The translations under genes were made by a program, and so were the position numbers. The notes under the pieces are model-generated. The model saw only the letters and a program-made list of their open reading frames with translations, ran no database searches and was not told the origin of the DNA. From Promethearchaeum syntrophicum (GTDB taxonomy: Archaea > Asgardarchaeota > Lokiarchaeia > Sigyniarchaeales > Promethearchaeaceae): a DNA stretch of 32,000 nt. This document shows positions 15,910 to 24,249 of the stretch, one piece after another. The stretch lies in the NCBI RefSeq assembly GCF_008000775.2, contig NZ_CP042905.2, positions 810,001 through 842,000 of the forward strand, in the 5' to 3' direction. Numbering within the stretch: the stretch's first letter is position 1; every line of letters starts with the position of its first letter.

Positions 15910-17817
15910 CTACATTTCAGTTAAGACATCAATAGTTAGCAATCCTAATCCATGTTTAAGAACTCGTCGAATTGATTCGCATAAAAATAATCGTAATTTA
16001 CGTAATTTAGGTTTTTCTTTAATTATTGGACAAGAATGATAAAATCCTGTAAATTCTTGAGCAAGTTCATATAAATATCGCGCTAAAATATGAGGTTTCA
16101 TTTGATTTACTGAATTAGATATGATTTCTGGATATGAATAAAGTAATTCGATTAATTTAAACTCATGCTCATTTTCTAGTAAAGAAAGATTTTCTATATT
16201 CCCTTTTTCTGCAATTTTCTCTTTAATTGGGTTGTATGGGGTTTCAATGTTTTTTTCCATGGCTTTTTTGAATATTGAACAGATTCTTGCATATGAATAT
16301 AAGATGTAAGGTCCAGTTTCTCCCTCAAATTCCAAACTTTTCTTTGGATCAAATACAAAATCTCTAGAATAATCATATTTAATAATAAAAAATCGTAAAG
16401 ACGCTAATGCAATAACTAATGCTCTTTTTTCCATTTCATCTTTCGTTAGATTTGAATATCGCTTCTGAACTTCTTTCAATGCTAACAATTTTAATTCTTC
16501 AACGATGTCATCAGCATCTACAATAGTACCTTCTCTAGACTTCATTTTACCGCTCGTTAGGTTAATCATTCCATAACTATAATGGATATTTTCTGCTTTC
16601 ATACCTAATTTCTCTAGAATTTCAAATAAAACCCGTAATTGCATATCCTGTTCATTTCCGATTACATATATTGACTTAGTATAATTGAAATCCTCCATTT
16701 TTTGATATGCTAAGTGAAGATCTTGAGTAATATATAAACTTGTTCCATCTTTTCGGATTAAAACTTTCTGTTTTGGTAATTTTTTCTTGTGAAAATTAAT
16801 AATAACTGCTCCATCATCCAGTTTCTCAAAAATTCCTTCCTTAATTCCATTTTCTACAATTTTTTTTCCCTTATTGTAGATTTTACTTTCAAAATATGTT
16901 TTATCATGATGAATTTTAAATGTGTTAAAGGTTTGATTAAAGCCATTTTCGGCCCAATCATTCATTTTCCGCCATAAAATCCTTACGTTTTTATCTTCTT
17001 TTTCCCATGCAATAAGCATTTCTTTTAAATCGTTTTGGAGAATACCATATTTAGAACGATCAATATTTTTTCGTAATTCTTGAATTATAACAATATCTTG
17101 ATCCTCGGGGTTTTTTTTTAATTCATACTCCAATAAATTCATTTTATTTTGAACATATTTCTTCAAGCGGGATTCTTCTTGAGCAAATTTTATATAATAA
17201 TTACCTACAAAATGATCAGGTTTTATATTTTCACTTTCGGGAGTTTTATTTTCACCGAATTTATCATAAGCCCACATACTTTTACAAATATGAATTCCTC
17301 GATCATTGAATAGATTTACTTGAAAGACCTCATTGTTGGCACATTTATTAATTTTGGAGAGTGTTTGTCCTAATAACATATTTCTGATATGCCCCAGATG
17401 TAAGGGTTTGTTCGTATTGGGTGCTGGGTATTCTATTACAATTCTTTCTGGTTTTTTTTTTTTTTTTATAAAATTTGATGATGCATAAGAATTAACATCT
17501 TCAAAAATCTGTTTCAATACTTCCTTACCTATAATTTTTTTATTTAATTTAAAGTTTAGATAAGGGCCATCAATAAAAACTGCTTGAATAAAAGGATATT
17601 GATTTAGGAAAGTTAAAGATAATGATTTATGAATTTCTTGAGCAATTTCAAGACCACTTCGTTTAATATATTTTTTTAAAGCAAAACTATTAATTGCAAA
17701 ATCTGCCTCAATATTTTTATTTGCTTTTTTAATAATTTGTGTTAAATATTGAATTGAGATTGCCGAATCATCAAGAATTTCTGAAAGAACTTCTGCCAAT
17801 CTGATCTTGAAATCCAT
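15910..17817 (-). CDS. argS: arginine--tRNA ligase
   Basis: Class I HIGH motif PLHLGHIRNMLLG and the KMSKS-equivalent SGKMKSREGTIV. A C-terminal DALR-type anticodon-binding region ends in ...LTEM (terminal Met, typical of ArgRS). 635 aa. Confidence 0.92.
   Translation of the reverse strand: MDFKIRLAEVLSEILDDSAISIQYLTQIIKKANKNIEADFAINSFALKKYIKRSGLEIAQEIHKSLSLTFLNQYPFIQAVFIDGPYLNFKLNKKIIGKEVLKQIFEDVNSYASSNFIKKKKKPERIVIEYPAPNTNKPLHLGHIRNMLLGQTLSKINKCANNEVFQVNLFNDRGIHICKSMWAYDKFGENKTPESENIKPDHFVGNYYIKFAQEESRLKKYVQNKMNLLEYELKKNPEDQDIVIIQELRKNIDRSKYGILQNDLKEMLIAWEKEDKNVRILWRKMNDWAENGFNQTFNTFKIHHDKTYFESKIYNKGKKIVENGIKEGIFEKLDDGAVIINFHKKKLPKQKVLIRKDGTSLYITQDLHLAYQKMEDFNYTKSIYVIGNEQDMQLRVLFEILEKLGMKAENIHYSYGMINLTSGKMKSREGTIVDADDIVEELKLLALKEVQKRYSNLTKDEMEKRALVIALASLRFFIIKYDYSRDFVFDPKKSLEFEGETGPYILYSYARICSIFKKAMEKNIETPYNPIKEKIAEKGNIENLSLLENEHEFKLIELLYSYPEIISNSVNQMKPHILARYLYELAQEFTGFYHSCPIIKEKPKLRKLRLFLCESIRRVLKHGLGLLTIDVLTEM
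17452..17467 (-). repeat. A16 homopolymer (coding strand) inside argS
   Basis: A counted run of 16 T on the + strand. It encodes KKKKK in FIKKKKKPERIV, just upstream of the HIGH motif. Confidence 0.95.
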
Positions 17818-17885
17818 ATCTATTTATTATCACCAATTCAGAAAAATTTTTTTAATTTATTCATTCATTTTCATATATAGAAGAA

Positions 17886-18611
17886 GTGGATAAAAAAGTG
17901 GATAACTTAATAGAAATTGCTAAAAAAAAAGCCGGAATTGCTGCTGTAGATGAATTTGTTAAGGATGGAATGGTGCTGGGAATTGGTAGCGGATCAACTG
18001 TCGTATATGCTGTCAATCGCCTAATAGAACGAACGAAACAAGAAGGATTAAAGGTTGTTTGCATTCCAACCTCATTCCAATCTACCCAATTAATTGTAAA
18101 CGGGGGATTAACATTGGGTGATTTAAGTCAATTTCCTAAAATCGATGTGGATATTGATGGAGCAGATGAAGTTGATGAAAATCTAAATTTAATCAAAGGA
18201 GGTGGCGGATGTCTTCTTCAAGAAAAAATTGTTGCATTTAACTCTGAAAAATTAGTAATTGTTGCTGATTATAGAAAAAATTCAAAAATACTTGGAGAAA
18301 AATGGAAGAAAGGTATTCCAATTGAAGTTATTCCTCTGGCATATGTCCCTCTGATGAACCAGATGGAAAAATTAGGTGGCTCTCCATTCTTAAGATTAGC
18401 AGAAAAAAAAGCAGGACCGTTAATTACCGACAATGGAAATTTTATTTTAGATGTCGATTTTGGAGAGATTTCTGATCCTAAAAAGTTAAATCAAAAAATA
18501 AAAATGTTATCTGGGGTTGTTGAGACAGGATTATTTATTGGAATGGCTAACAAAGTCTACTTTGGTCAACAAGATGGAACTTTAGATCAAAAGATAAAAA
18601 AAACTATCTAG
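17886..18611 (+). CDS. rpiA: ribose-5-phosphate isomerase A
   Basis: [12 protein letters not shown] and [27 protein letters not shown] are diagnostic RpiA motifs. There is no ATG. The candidate starts are GTG at 17886 and GTG at 17898, inside a duplicated GTGGATAA. Confidence 0.9.
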   Translation: MDKKVDNLIEIAKKKAGIAAVDEFVKDGMVLGIGSGSTVVYAVNRLIERTKQEGLKVVCIPTSFQSTQLIVNGGLTLGDLSQFPKIDVDIDGADEVDENLNLIKGGGGCLLQEKIVAFNSEKLVIVADYRKNSKILGEKWKKGIPIEVIPLAYVPLMNQMEKLGGSPFLRLAEKKAGPLITDNGNFILDVDFGEISDPKKLNQKIKMLSGVVETGLFIGMANKVYFGQQDGTLDQKIKKTI

Positions 18612-18636
18612 AATTTTACTGTCGGCAATTATAATT

Positions 18637-19014
18637 TTATAGATAATAAGAAAGCCCTATTAACATAACAACAATTAGCAGTAATAATACAATTCTCCCT
18701 GTCCATATATGTATAAGTCGTAATTTTTTTTTTTTTTTTTTAAGTTGAATCAGAGCAAAGAATATCGTAATAAAAACAATAATGATAGCGCTAAAACCTA
18801 AATAAGCATGCCAAAATGTTAAAGATAAGATCCCTAGAAAGAAAACCCCAACTAACATTAATACAATTCCAATACTTGTAAAAATTTTATGCAAAAGATA
18901 CCATTTTTCTTTTGGTTTATGGAAAAAAATAAATATTACACTAATAATTGCACTTAAAATTCCAAGAGAAATCAAAATAAAGTGCGGAAACTGCAATAAA
19001 TTTTGAATACTCAT
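18637..19014 (-). CDS. small 4-TM membrane protein with His near the start of each helix
   Basis: 125 aa with four hydrophobic helices, containing PHFILISLG, YLLHKIFTSIG, FWHAYLGFS and LIHIWTGRIV. It starts 4 nt after the stop of the upstream exported protein. No family recognised. Confidence 0.65.
   Translation of the reverse strand: MSIQNLLQFPHFILISLGILSAIISVIFIFFHKPKEKWYLLHKIFTSIGIVLMLVGVFFLGILSLTFWHAYLGFSAIIIVFITIFFALIQLKKKKKKLRLIHIWTGRIVLLLLIVVMLIGLSYYL
18724..18741 (-). repeat. A18 homopolymer (coding strand) inside the 4-TM protein gene
   Basis: A counted run of 18 T on the + strand. It encodes KKKKKK in the TM3-TM4 loop. Confidence 0.95.
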
Positions 19015-19018
19015 GGTT

Positions 19019-19492
19019 TTATTTCCCCTTTTTTTTTATGATTAAGAGCACTATTATTATTGTTCCCATTGAAGAAGTTATGATATTTGAAAGAGGAAAA
19101 CTTGGAATCGTAGGATCATCTTCAAGATCATTAACAATAATAAGAGTTTGAGTTATGGTTCCTCCCTGATTACAAGTACCTGATACAAAGATTTCATCTC
19201 CTTCAGAAGCTGAGATGTTATATTCATACGAAAATTCATTATTAGTTGGTTGTGAAGAATATGTTAATGTTTCCAAAGTTGTTCCGTTCAACTTTATAAC
19301 TACTGTTTCTATGAAATGGGATGAAGGATCAGAAACAGAATGCTTAAATGCAGCTGTTAAAGTTTTATTTTCAGTATCATATGATAAAATTAAATCTTGA
19401 GGGCTATGACTTGTAGCTAGAACTGTAAAATTTGAAAATATTAGGAAACAAAACCCAATTTGTAAATAAAACTTCAGAGTTTTATGTTTCAT
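19019..19492 (-). CDS. exported beta-rich protein with signal peptide and C-terminal TM anchor; weak superoxide-reductase-like (desulfoferrodoxin Fe-domain) pattern
   Basis: Signal-like N-terminus MKHKTLKFYLQIGFCFLIFSNFTVLATS. The C-terminus is PTIPSFPLSNIITSSMGTIIIVLLIIKKKGK. The central region FKHSVSDPSSHFIETVVIKL ... IFVSGTCNQGGT parallels the HP....HHI.YIEL ... YCN.HG layout of SOR, but the last His is absent. Confidence 0.6.
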   Translation of the reverse strand: MKHKTLKFYLQIGFCFLIFSNFTVLATSHSPQDLILSYDTENKTLTAAFKHSVSDPSSHFIETVVIKLNGTTLETLTYSSQPTNNEFSYEYNISASEGDEIFVSGTCNQGGTITQTLIIVNDLEDDPTIPSFPLSNIITSSMGTIIIVLLIIKKKGK

Positions 19493-19582
19493 ATGCTGAT
19501 AAATTGAAACAGAAATTAATAAATCTTATTCTTCTCAAACAAAAATATTATTATAAAAATGATAAAAAAATTGCCAAATATC

Positions 19583-21148
19583 TTAATAGGTTTTCCCCAT
19601 TCTCCAATATTTGGTTACAGGCTTCATACAATGGCTGCAATATATCTCTTTCTCTTTTTTAACTCTTTTATTTAATATCGGTAAATATCTTTCTGGAATT
19701 CCTAAAAATTTAAGACCGTCTAATCTTTTTTCAATTGATTCTGCACAATCTTCTTCACCGCAAAATGGAATTTCGGCAATGCCCTTATTTTTATCAATAA
19801 AATCAATCGCTTCCTCCAAATCATTCGTGCGGAAAATCAATTCATCATGTCTTTTCTTCGCAGTTTTTTGAAGACTTTGCTGAATATCTTTTAATAAATT
19901 ATGTAGATAATTTATTGAATCATCGATTGGAACAAATTCTTTTCCTTTAATATCTCTACGGACAACAGCAATTTGATTTTTTGCAATATCTTTAGGTCCA
20001 ATTTCAACCCGAATAGGTATTCCCCTTAATTCCCAATGGAAATATTTACGACCTGAACTAATCTTTCGGTTGTCCAATCTGACTTTAAATCCTTCTTTCT
20101 TTAGCTTATCATAGAATTCATTACATACTTTCATGACTTCATCTTCTTTATTTTTAAAAAGAATCGGAACTATAACGATTTCTATCGGTGCAACCACAGG
20201 TGGCAATTTTAATCCATTACTATCTCCATGAACAGCAATTAACGAAGCTACTCCGCGTTCGCTTATACCATAACATGTTTGATAAACATATTCTTGATTA
20301 CCATCTGCAGTTTCAAATTTTATATCAAAAGTTTTTGAAAAGGTCTGCCCCAAATTATGAATTGTCCCAATTTGTAGGGCTTTGCGTGATTGCAGAAAAA
20401 TACAATCGAAAGCTATGGTATAATCAGCTCCTGGGAATGTATCCCATTTTGGCCTTTGAGTAATGAGATATGGAACTCCTAATGTGTCAAAAATCTTCTT
20501 GTAAATAGAAACCGCTTCTCGAATTTGATCTGTACAATCCTCTTTGGTTTCATGATAAGTGTGGGCTTCTTTGAAAGTAGTTAATTCTCGAACCCGAATT
20601 AAAGGACGAGTGTTTTTTCCCTCGAACCGGAACATATTCGAAATTTGATAGGTTTTAAGTGGCAAATCTTGATGGGATCTTATCCATTTAGCTACCATTG
20701 GATACATAACGGTCTCAGAAGTCGGACGAAGGGCTAATTTGACATCTAAAGGAGTTAATCCTCCATGAGTAACCCAGTATACCTCTGTCTCAAATCCTTT
20801 TACGGTTTCTTTTTCTTTCATGAATTGATCTTTCGGAATCAACAGAGGAAAAAGCATCTCTTCATGTGGAATAGGAGTATTATCAAGTAAATCTCGCATT
20901 ATTTCCAAGTATTTCCTTCGAATTTTGAATCCATATCCCAACCACACTCCACAGCCCTTTAAATTGTATCTATAGTCGAGAATCTCTGCCTGAAATATGA
21001 TTTCGTTAAACCATTCGCTAAAATTCTCGTCAATATCTGGTAAAGTGTTCTGAATTTTACTCTTTGAAGTTTTTTTAGATACTTTTTTGGAAGTCTTTTT
21101 AGCGGGTTTTCTTGATGATTGAGTTTTTTTGTTTTTTTTGGCTTGCAT
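19583..21148 (-). CDS. proS: proline--tRNA ligase, archaeal/eukaryote type, with Lys-rich N-terminal extension
   Basis: Class II core ([25 protein letters not shown]), an anticodon-binding domain, and a C-terminal Zn-type domain (FCGEEDC...CSHC) ending in the hallmark terminal Tyr (WRMGKTY). The first ~37 aa are [33 protein letters not shown]... Confidence 0.93.
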   Translation of the reverse strand: MQAKKNKKTQSSRKPAKKTSKKVSKKTSKSKIQNTLPDIDENFSEWFNEIIFQAEILDYRYNLKGCGVWLGYGFKIRRKYLEIMRDLLDNTPIPHEEMLFPLLIPKDQFMKEKETVKGFETEVYWVTHGGLTPLDVKLALRPTSETVMYPMVAKWIRSHQDLPLKTYQISNMFRFEGKNTRPLIRVRELTTFKEAHTYHETKEDCTDQIREAVSIYKKIFDTLGVPYLITQRPKWDTFPGADYTIAFDCIFLQSRKALQIGTIHNLGQTFSKTFDIKFETADGNQEYVYQTCYGISERGVASLIAVHGDSNGLKLPPVVAPIEIVIVPILFKNKEDEVMKVCNEFYDKLKKEGFKVRLDNRKISSGRKYFHWELRGIPIRVEIGPKDIAKNQIAVVRRDIKGKEFVPIDDSINYLHNLLKDIQQSLQKTAKKRHDELIFRTNDLEEAIDFIDKNKGIAEIPFCGEEDCAESIEKRLDGLKFLGIPERYLPILNKRVKKEKEIYCSHCMKPVTKYWRMGKTY

Positions 21149-21286
21149 TTTTCTTTCACATATATTTTAACTTATATTTCTACTATTTATGATATTTTAA
21201 AACGATTAAAAATTAAAAAATCGCTCTTTTTTTGAAAATTTAATATTAGACACAAATAGAAGAGAAAAAAATAAGAATATCCTATT

Positions 21287-21889
21287 TCATTTCATTAAAT
21301 TTTCTGTAATTTGTTTCGCATCCGGGCTTAACGTATAGAATTTTTGACGTCCTTCTTTCTGCGATTCAATAATTCCAAAACTTTGTAACCTTTGAGTATG
21401 AAACGTTATTGCTTGAGGAGAAACTTGTGCAATGTTTGATAAAGATTGATGACTGGCTATTTTCTCACGAGCTAAGAAAGTTATAAGAGTTTTTGGGGTT
21501 TTTCGTCTTAATGAAGTGATAATAGTCTCACGGAGCATTTGTCTCTCTGGATCGCGATCATCAGGGGACACTTTTTGGTCTTGTTCTTGATTAGAAGCGA
21601 AGAAGCATTTATAACGACCATCTCGAATTGCCCGCACTAAACCAATTTTTTCTAAAACTCCGATATGATATTGAACTACTCCCATTTTCTTATCCAGAAT
21701 TCTACAGATTTTTCTAAAATGCAGTCCCGGATTTTTCTCGATTAACTCGTAGATTGTATTCCGCGTTCCTTGTTCCAAAACATCCTCTTTTTTAAAGTCT
21801 CTGCATCTTCTTCTAGTTGAACCATAAGATGCCATGCATGTAGTAGATAAAAGAAGTATTATTAATACCTTATGCTGTAATGCTTTCAT
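21287..21889 (-). CDS. tandem winged-helix (ArsR-like) transcriptional regulator with N-terminal hydrophobic segment
   Basis: Two wHTH units: TIYELIEKNPGLHFRKICRILDKKMGVVQYHIGVLEKIGLVRAIRDGRYKCFF and LITFLAREKIASHQSLSNIAQVSPQAITFHTQRLQSFGIIESQKEGRQKFYTL. The N-terminus MKALQHKVLIILLLSTTCMASYG is signal/TM-like. Confidence 0.7.
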   Translation of the reverse strand: MKALQHKVLIILLLSTTCMASYGSTRRRCRDFKKEDVLEQGTRNTIYELIEKNPGLHFRKICRILDKKMGVVQYHIGVLEKIGLVRAIRDGRYKCFFASNQEQDQKVSPDDRDPERQMLRETIITSLRRKTPKTLITFLAREKIASHQSLSNIAQVSPQAITFHTQRLQSFGIIESQKEGRQKFYTLSPDAKQITENLMK

Positions 21890-22326
21890 TTTAATTCATT
21901 CTAAGAATTTTTATTACAAAGTTTCATTTTCTAAATTATATCTAAAAAATTTGATAATTAATCAATTAAACGTATTAATTATTTTTTCAATTAAAATTTA
22001 TTGAAAATTATTAACAAAAAATGAAAAAATTAATAAGGACTCATGCAAAATTTTTTTTTTGGTTTTAAATTGAAGGGCTTCTTACTAGATGAGAGAATTG
22101 AAATATTTTTAATTTTTAAACCTTTATTTTAAAAATTTTTTAAAAAAAACTAAAAAATCTGAACTTAATTTTTATAAACGTTTCAAAATAATCCAAAATT
22201 TCTAATATCTTTTTGGGAAAAAAAGCAGAAATAACATATGACAAAAGCATTTATATTAGCAAAAACTAGCTCAATTAGAAGTATTTTTAAATTAAAACAA
22301 AATTAAATTCTTAACAATTGATAAAT

Positions 22327-22881
22327 ATGGCACCTGGACTACTGGAAGCAGCAATTTTTTTCCAAGGAATGAACCTTGTAGAAGATACATATTATCTTCA
22401 CGATTATGATAAGGTTTTCGATGAATCTCAAAAAAAGACTTTGATTGAAGCAATTACAAATTTAGCAACTAGTGCTTTTGGTGATAATATCCAAAACTTT
22501 GCTATGGGTGATCATGTAGTCTTTCTAACTTCAAGTAAAGTTGAAGTTCCAAATAAAGAACGCGGAAATACCGAATCTTTACCTATTATTATGTATTGTA
22601 TTGCTGAAAAAGACACGAATAAAAAATTGCTAACCGAATCTATGAAAACTGGGTTATTTCAGTTCGTAAATCGTTTCACTTCCTTTGATATAATTAGTAA
22701 AAATGTTGAAAAATTCAAAGAATTCAAAGAAAGATTTGAAAAAATATTCAAAGGCTTAATTAAAACTGAAGAAAAAGAAGATTATTTAAACCACAATAAA
22801 AAAGTAATAAAAAATCAAGGACATCGTGGTGGTTATGGGAGTAGCTATGGGAGTACTTCTAGTTTCCAAGGAAGATATTAA
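22327..22881 (+). CDS. longin-like (SNARE-like/roadblock superfamily) small protein with Gly/Ser/Tyr-rich tail
   Basis: I prefer the ATG at 22327; the track's TTG at 22318 adds 3 codons. The strand/helix order reads as beta-beta-alpha-beta-beta-beta-alpha: LLEAAIFF, NLVEDTYY, ESQKKTLIEAITNLATSAF, IQNFAMGDHVVFLTS, PIIMYCIAEKDTNKKLLTESMKTGLFQFVNRF. This parallels longin domains such as Sec22. The tail is GHRGGYGSSYGSTSSFQGRY. The fold call is by pattern only. Confidence 0.5.
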   Translation: MAPGLLEAAIFFQGMNLVEDTYYLHDYDKVFDESQKKTLIEAITNLATSAFGDNIQNFAMGDHVVFLTSSKVEVPNKERGNTESLPIIMYCIAEKDTNKKLLTESMKTGLFQFVNRFTSFDIISKNVEKFKEFKERFEKIFKGLIKTEEKEDYLNHNKKVIKNQGHRGGYGSSYGSTSSFQGRY

Positions 22882-23025
22882 TTAGAATTAAAATTCTTTA
22901 AAATTATTTATTTAATCCATTTCAGTAAAATGCAGATTTCCTCAAATTAAAAATTTAATCTGTTCAAATCAATTTTAGAGAAAATTTATCCTTCAAAATG
23001 ACCAATTAGAAACCTGGGAGATTTT

Positions 23026-24012
23026 TTATTCAGCATTTTTACTTGATGTGCTAATCTTGTAACAAATTATTTTCATTTTTTCAATGGAACGAAAACCAAG
23101 ACTTTGATACAAAGTTACAGCGTTTTTATTATCGGTTACAGCTTGCAGTTCAATGCGTTTACAATTCTTTAATTTAAATATGTTAATTGCTTCTATCGCT
23201 AGATATCTCCCGATACCTCGATTTTGATATTTCGGATGAACAGCGAGGCTTTGAATATATCCTATTACTCTTTTAGGATCATACTCGATTATACAAAATC
23301 CGATAAGGTCATCAGATTCGTAAGTAAATAGATACTCAATTTCACGTTGTTTTTTTCTGTAATCTTGAATTTCCTTCATTTTTTCAATAGTTGTCGGCTG
23401 AAATCCCGGAACGGGTTGAAATGCATTATTGTTAACAGAAATAAATTGTCTATAATCATCGATTTCCTTAAGATTTCGGATTTTTACACCCTGAGGGATA
23501 ATTGAAGAATAATCATCTTTAAAATCTGTAAGATGCATTTGAAGCAAATATAAGAGGGGATCAATACCTAAATTCTTAAATGCTTGATTAAAAGGAGCTG
23601 CCCTTGGACCTTCCGTGTAAGTGGTGAGTTCTTCAATCTTAAGATTTCTACTGAGCAGAATACTCGCCTCTATTACTTGTTGAGGGAGTTGGGTTTTGTA
23701 ATATTCTGGCAGAATGGCTATGAATAATCGCCATGAACTTGATGTTCCAGAGATATTCGACACTCCTGAAAATCCAATAAGATCTCCCGCTTCATTTTCA
23801 AATTTTAGTATATCACGGGATAGAATGGATTCCTTTCCAAAAATGCGTTCAAAAGTGTTTTTCGTGATTTTAACATAAAATTCTGAAGAGAGATACTTAT
23901 AATGTGCATTCATTATATCGAGTAAAATTGCCCAATCCATGCCTTCATCCCATGGTTTTTCTATAAACTTGTTTCCCACATTTGAACAAGATCTTCTATT
24001 TGATTTTTTCAT
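23026..24012 (-). CDS. tandem-GNAT N-acetyltransferase
   Basis: The C-terminal GNAT has a clear motif A (IQSLAVHPKYQNRGIGRYLAIEAINIF ... AVTLYQSLGF). The N-terminal half has a second, degenerate GNAT-like unit (LIGFSGVSNISG...WRLFIAILPEY). The size and architecture resemble two-domain GNATs. Confidence 0.78.
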   Translation of the reverse strand: MKKSNRRSCSNVGNKFIEKPWDEGMDWAILLDIMNAHYKYLSSEFYVKITKNTFERIFGKESILSRDILKFENEAGDLIGFSGVSNISGTSSSWRLFIAILPEYYKTQLPQQVIEASILLSRNLKIEELTTYTEGPRAAPFNQAFKNLGIDPLLYLLQMHLTDFKDDYSSIIPQGVKIRNLKEIDDYRQFISVNNNAFQPVPGFQPTTIEKMKEIQDYRKKQREIEYLFTYESDDLIGFCIIEYDPKRVIGYIQSLAVHPKYQNRGIGRYLAIEAINIFKLKNCKRIELQAVTDNKNAVTLYQSLGFRSIEKMKIICYKISTSSKNAE

Positions 24013-24249
24013 GATTAAAATAAATCAACAGAAAATTCCCTTATAAAGCCCTTACGAACGAAATAAGTCATTTCTGGTGAAAATAAATTTTTAATTTAGC
24101 TTGCATTATATTCACATGAGTATTATTCTAATCTGAAATTTTTTTATTCCTTCTTGATATATCTCGTAAAATTATCTATTTGGCTAATAACTATACATTT
24201 TTACTACAAAATCAGTAGCTTTAATAATATATATTTTCTACATTTTAGT

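Noticed and set aside
19019-19492. Annotating the exported protein as a bona fide superoxide reductase
   Set aside because: The Cys-loop reads CNQGG rather than CN.HG, and the N-terminal E-K-H-V-P ligand region is only loosely matched (SHSPQD). The Fe site may not be intact. I kept it only as a hypothesis in the findings.
24154-24249. N-terminal extensions from maximal-ORF starts: TTG at 24154 for the DUF3160-like gene, TTG at 22318 for the longin-like gene, and ATG at 27917 for ahcY
   Set aside because: The extensions add atypical residues: hydrophobic junk before a clean TM anchor, or sequence before the conserved SAHH N-terminus. A canonical ATG lies at the position where the recognisable protein begins. 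Starts remain unverified without TSS or proteomic data.
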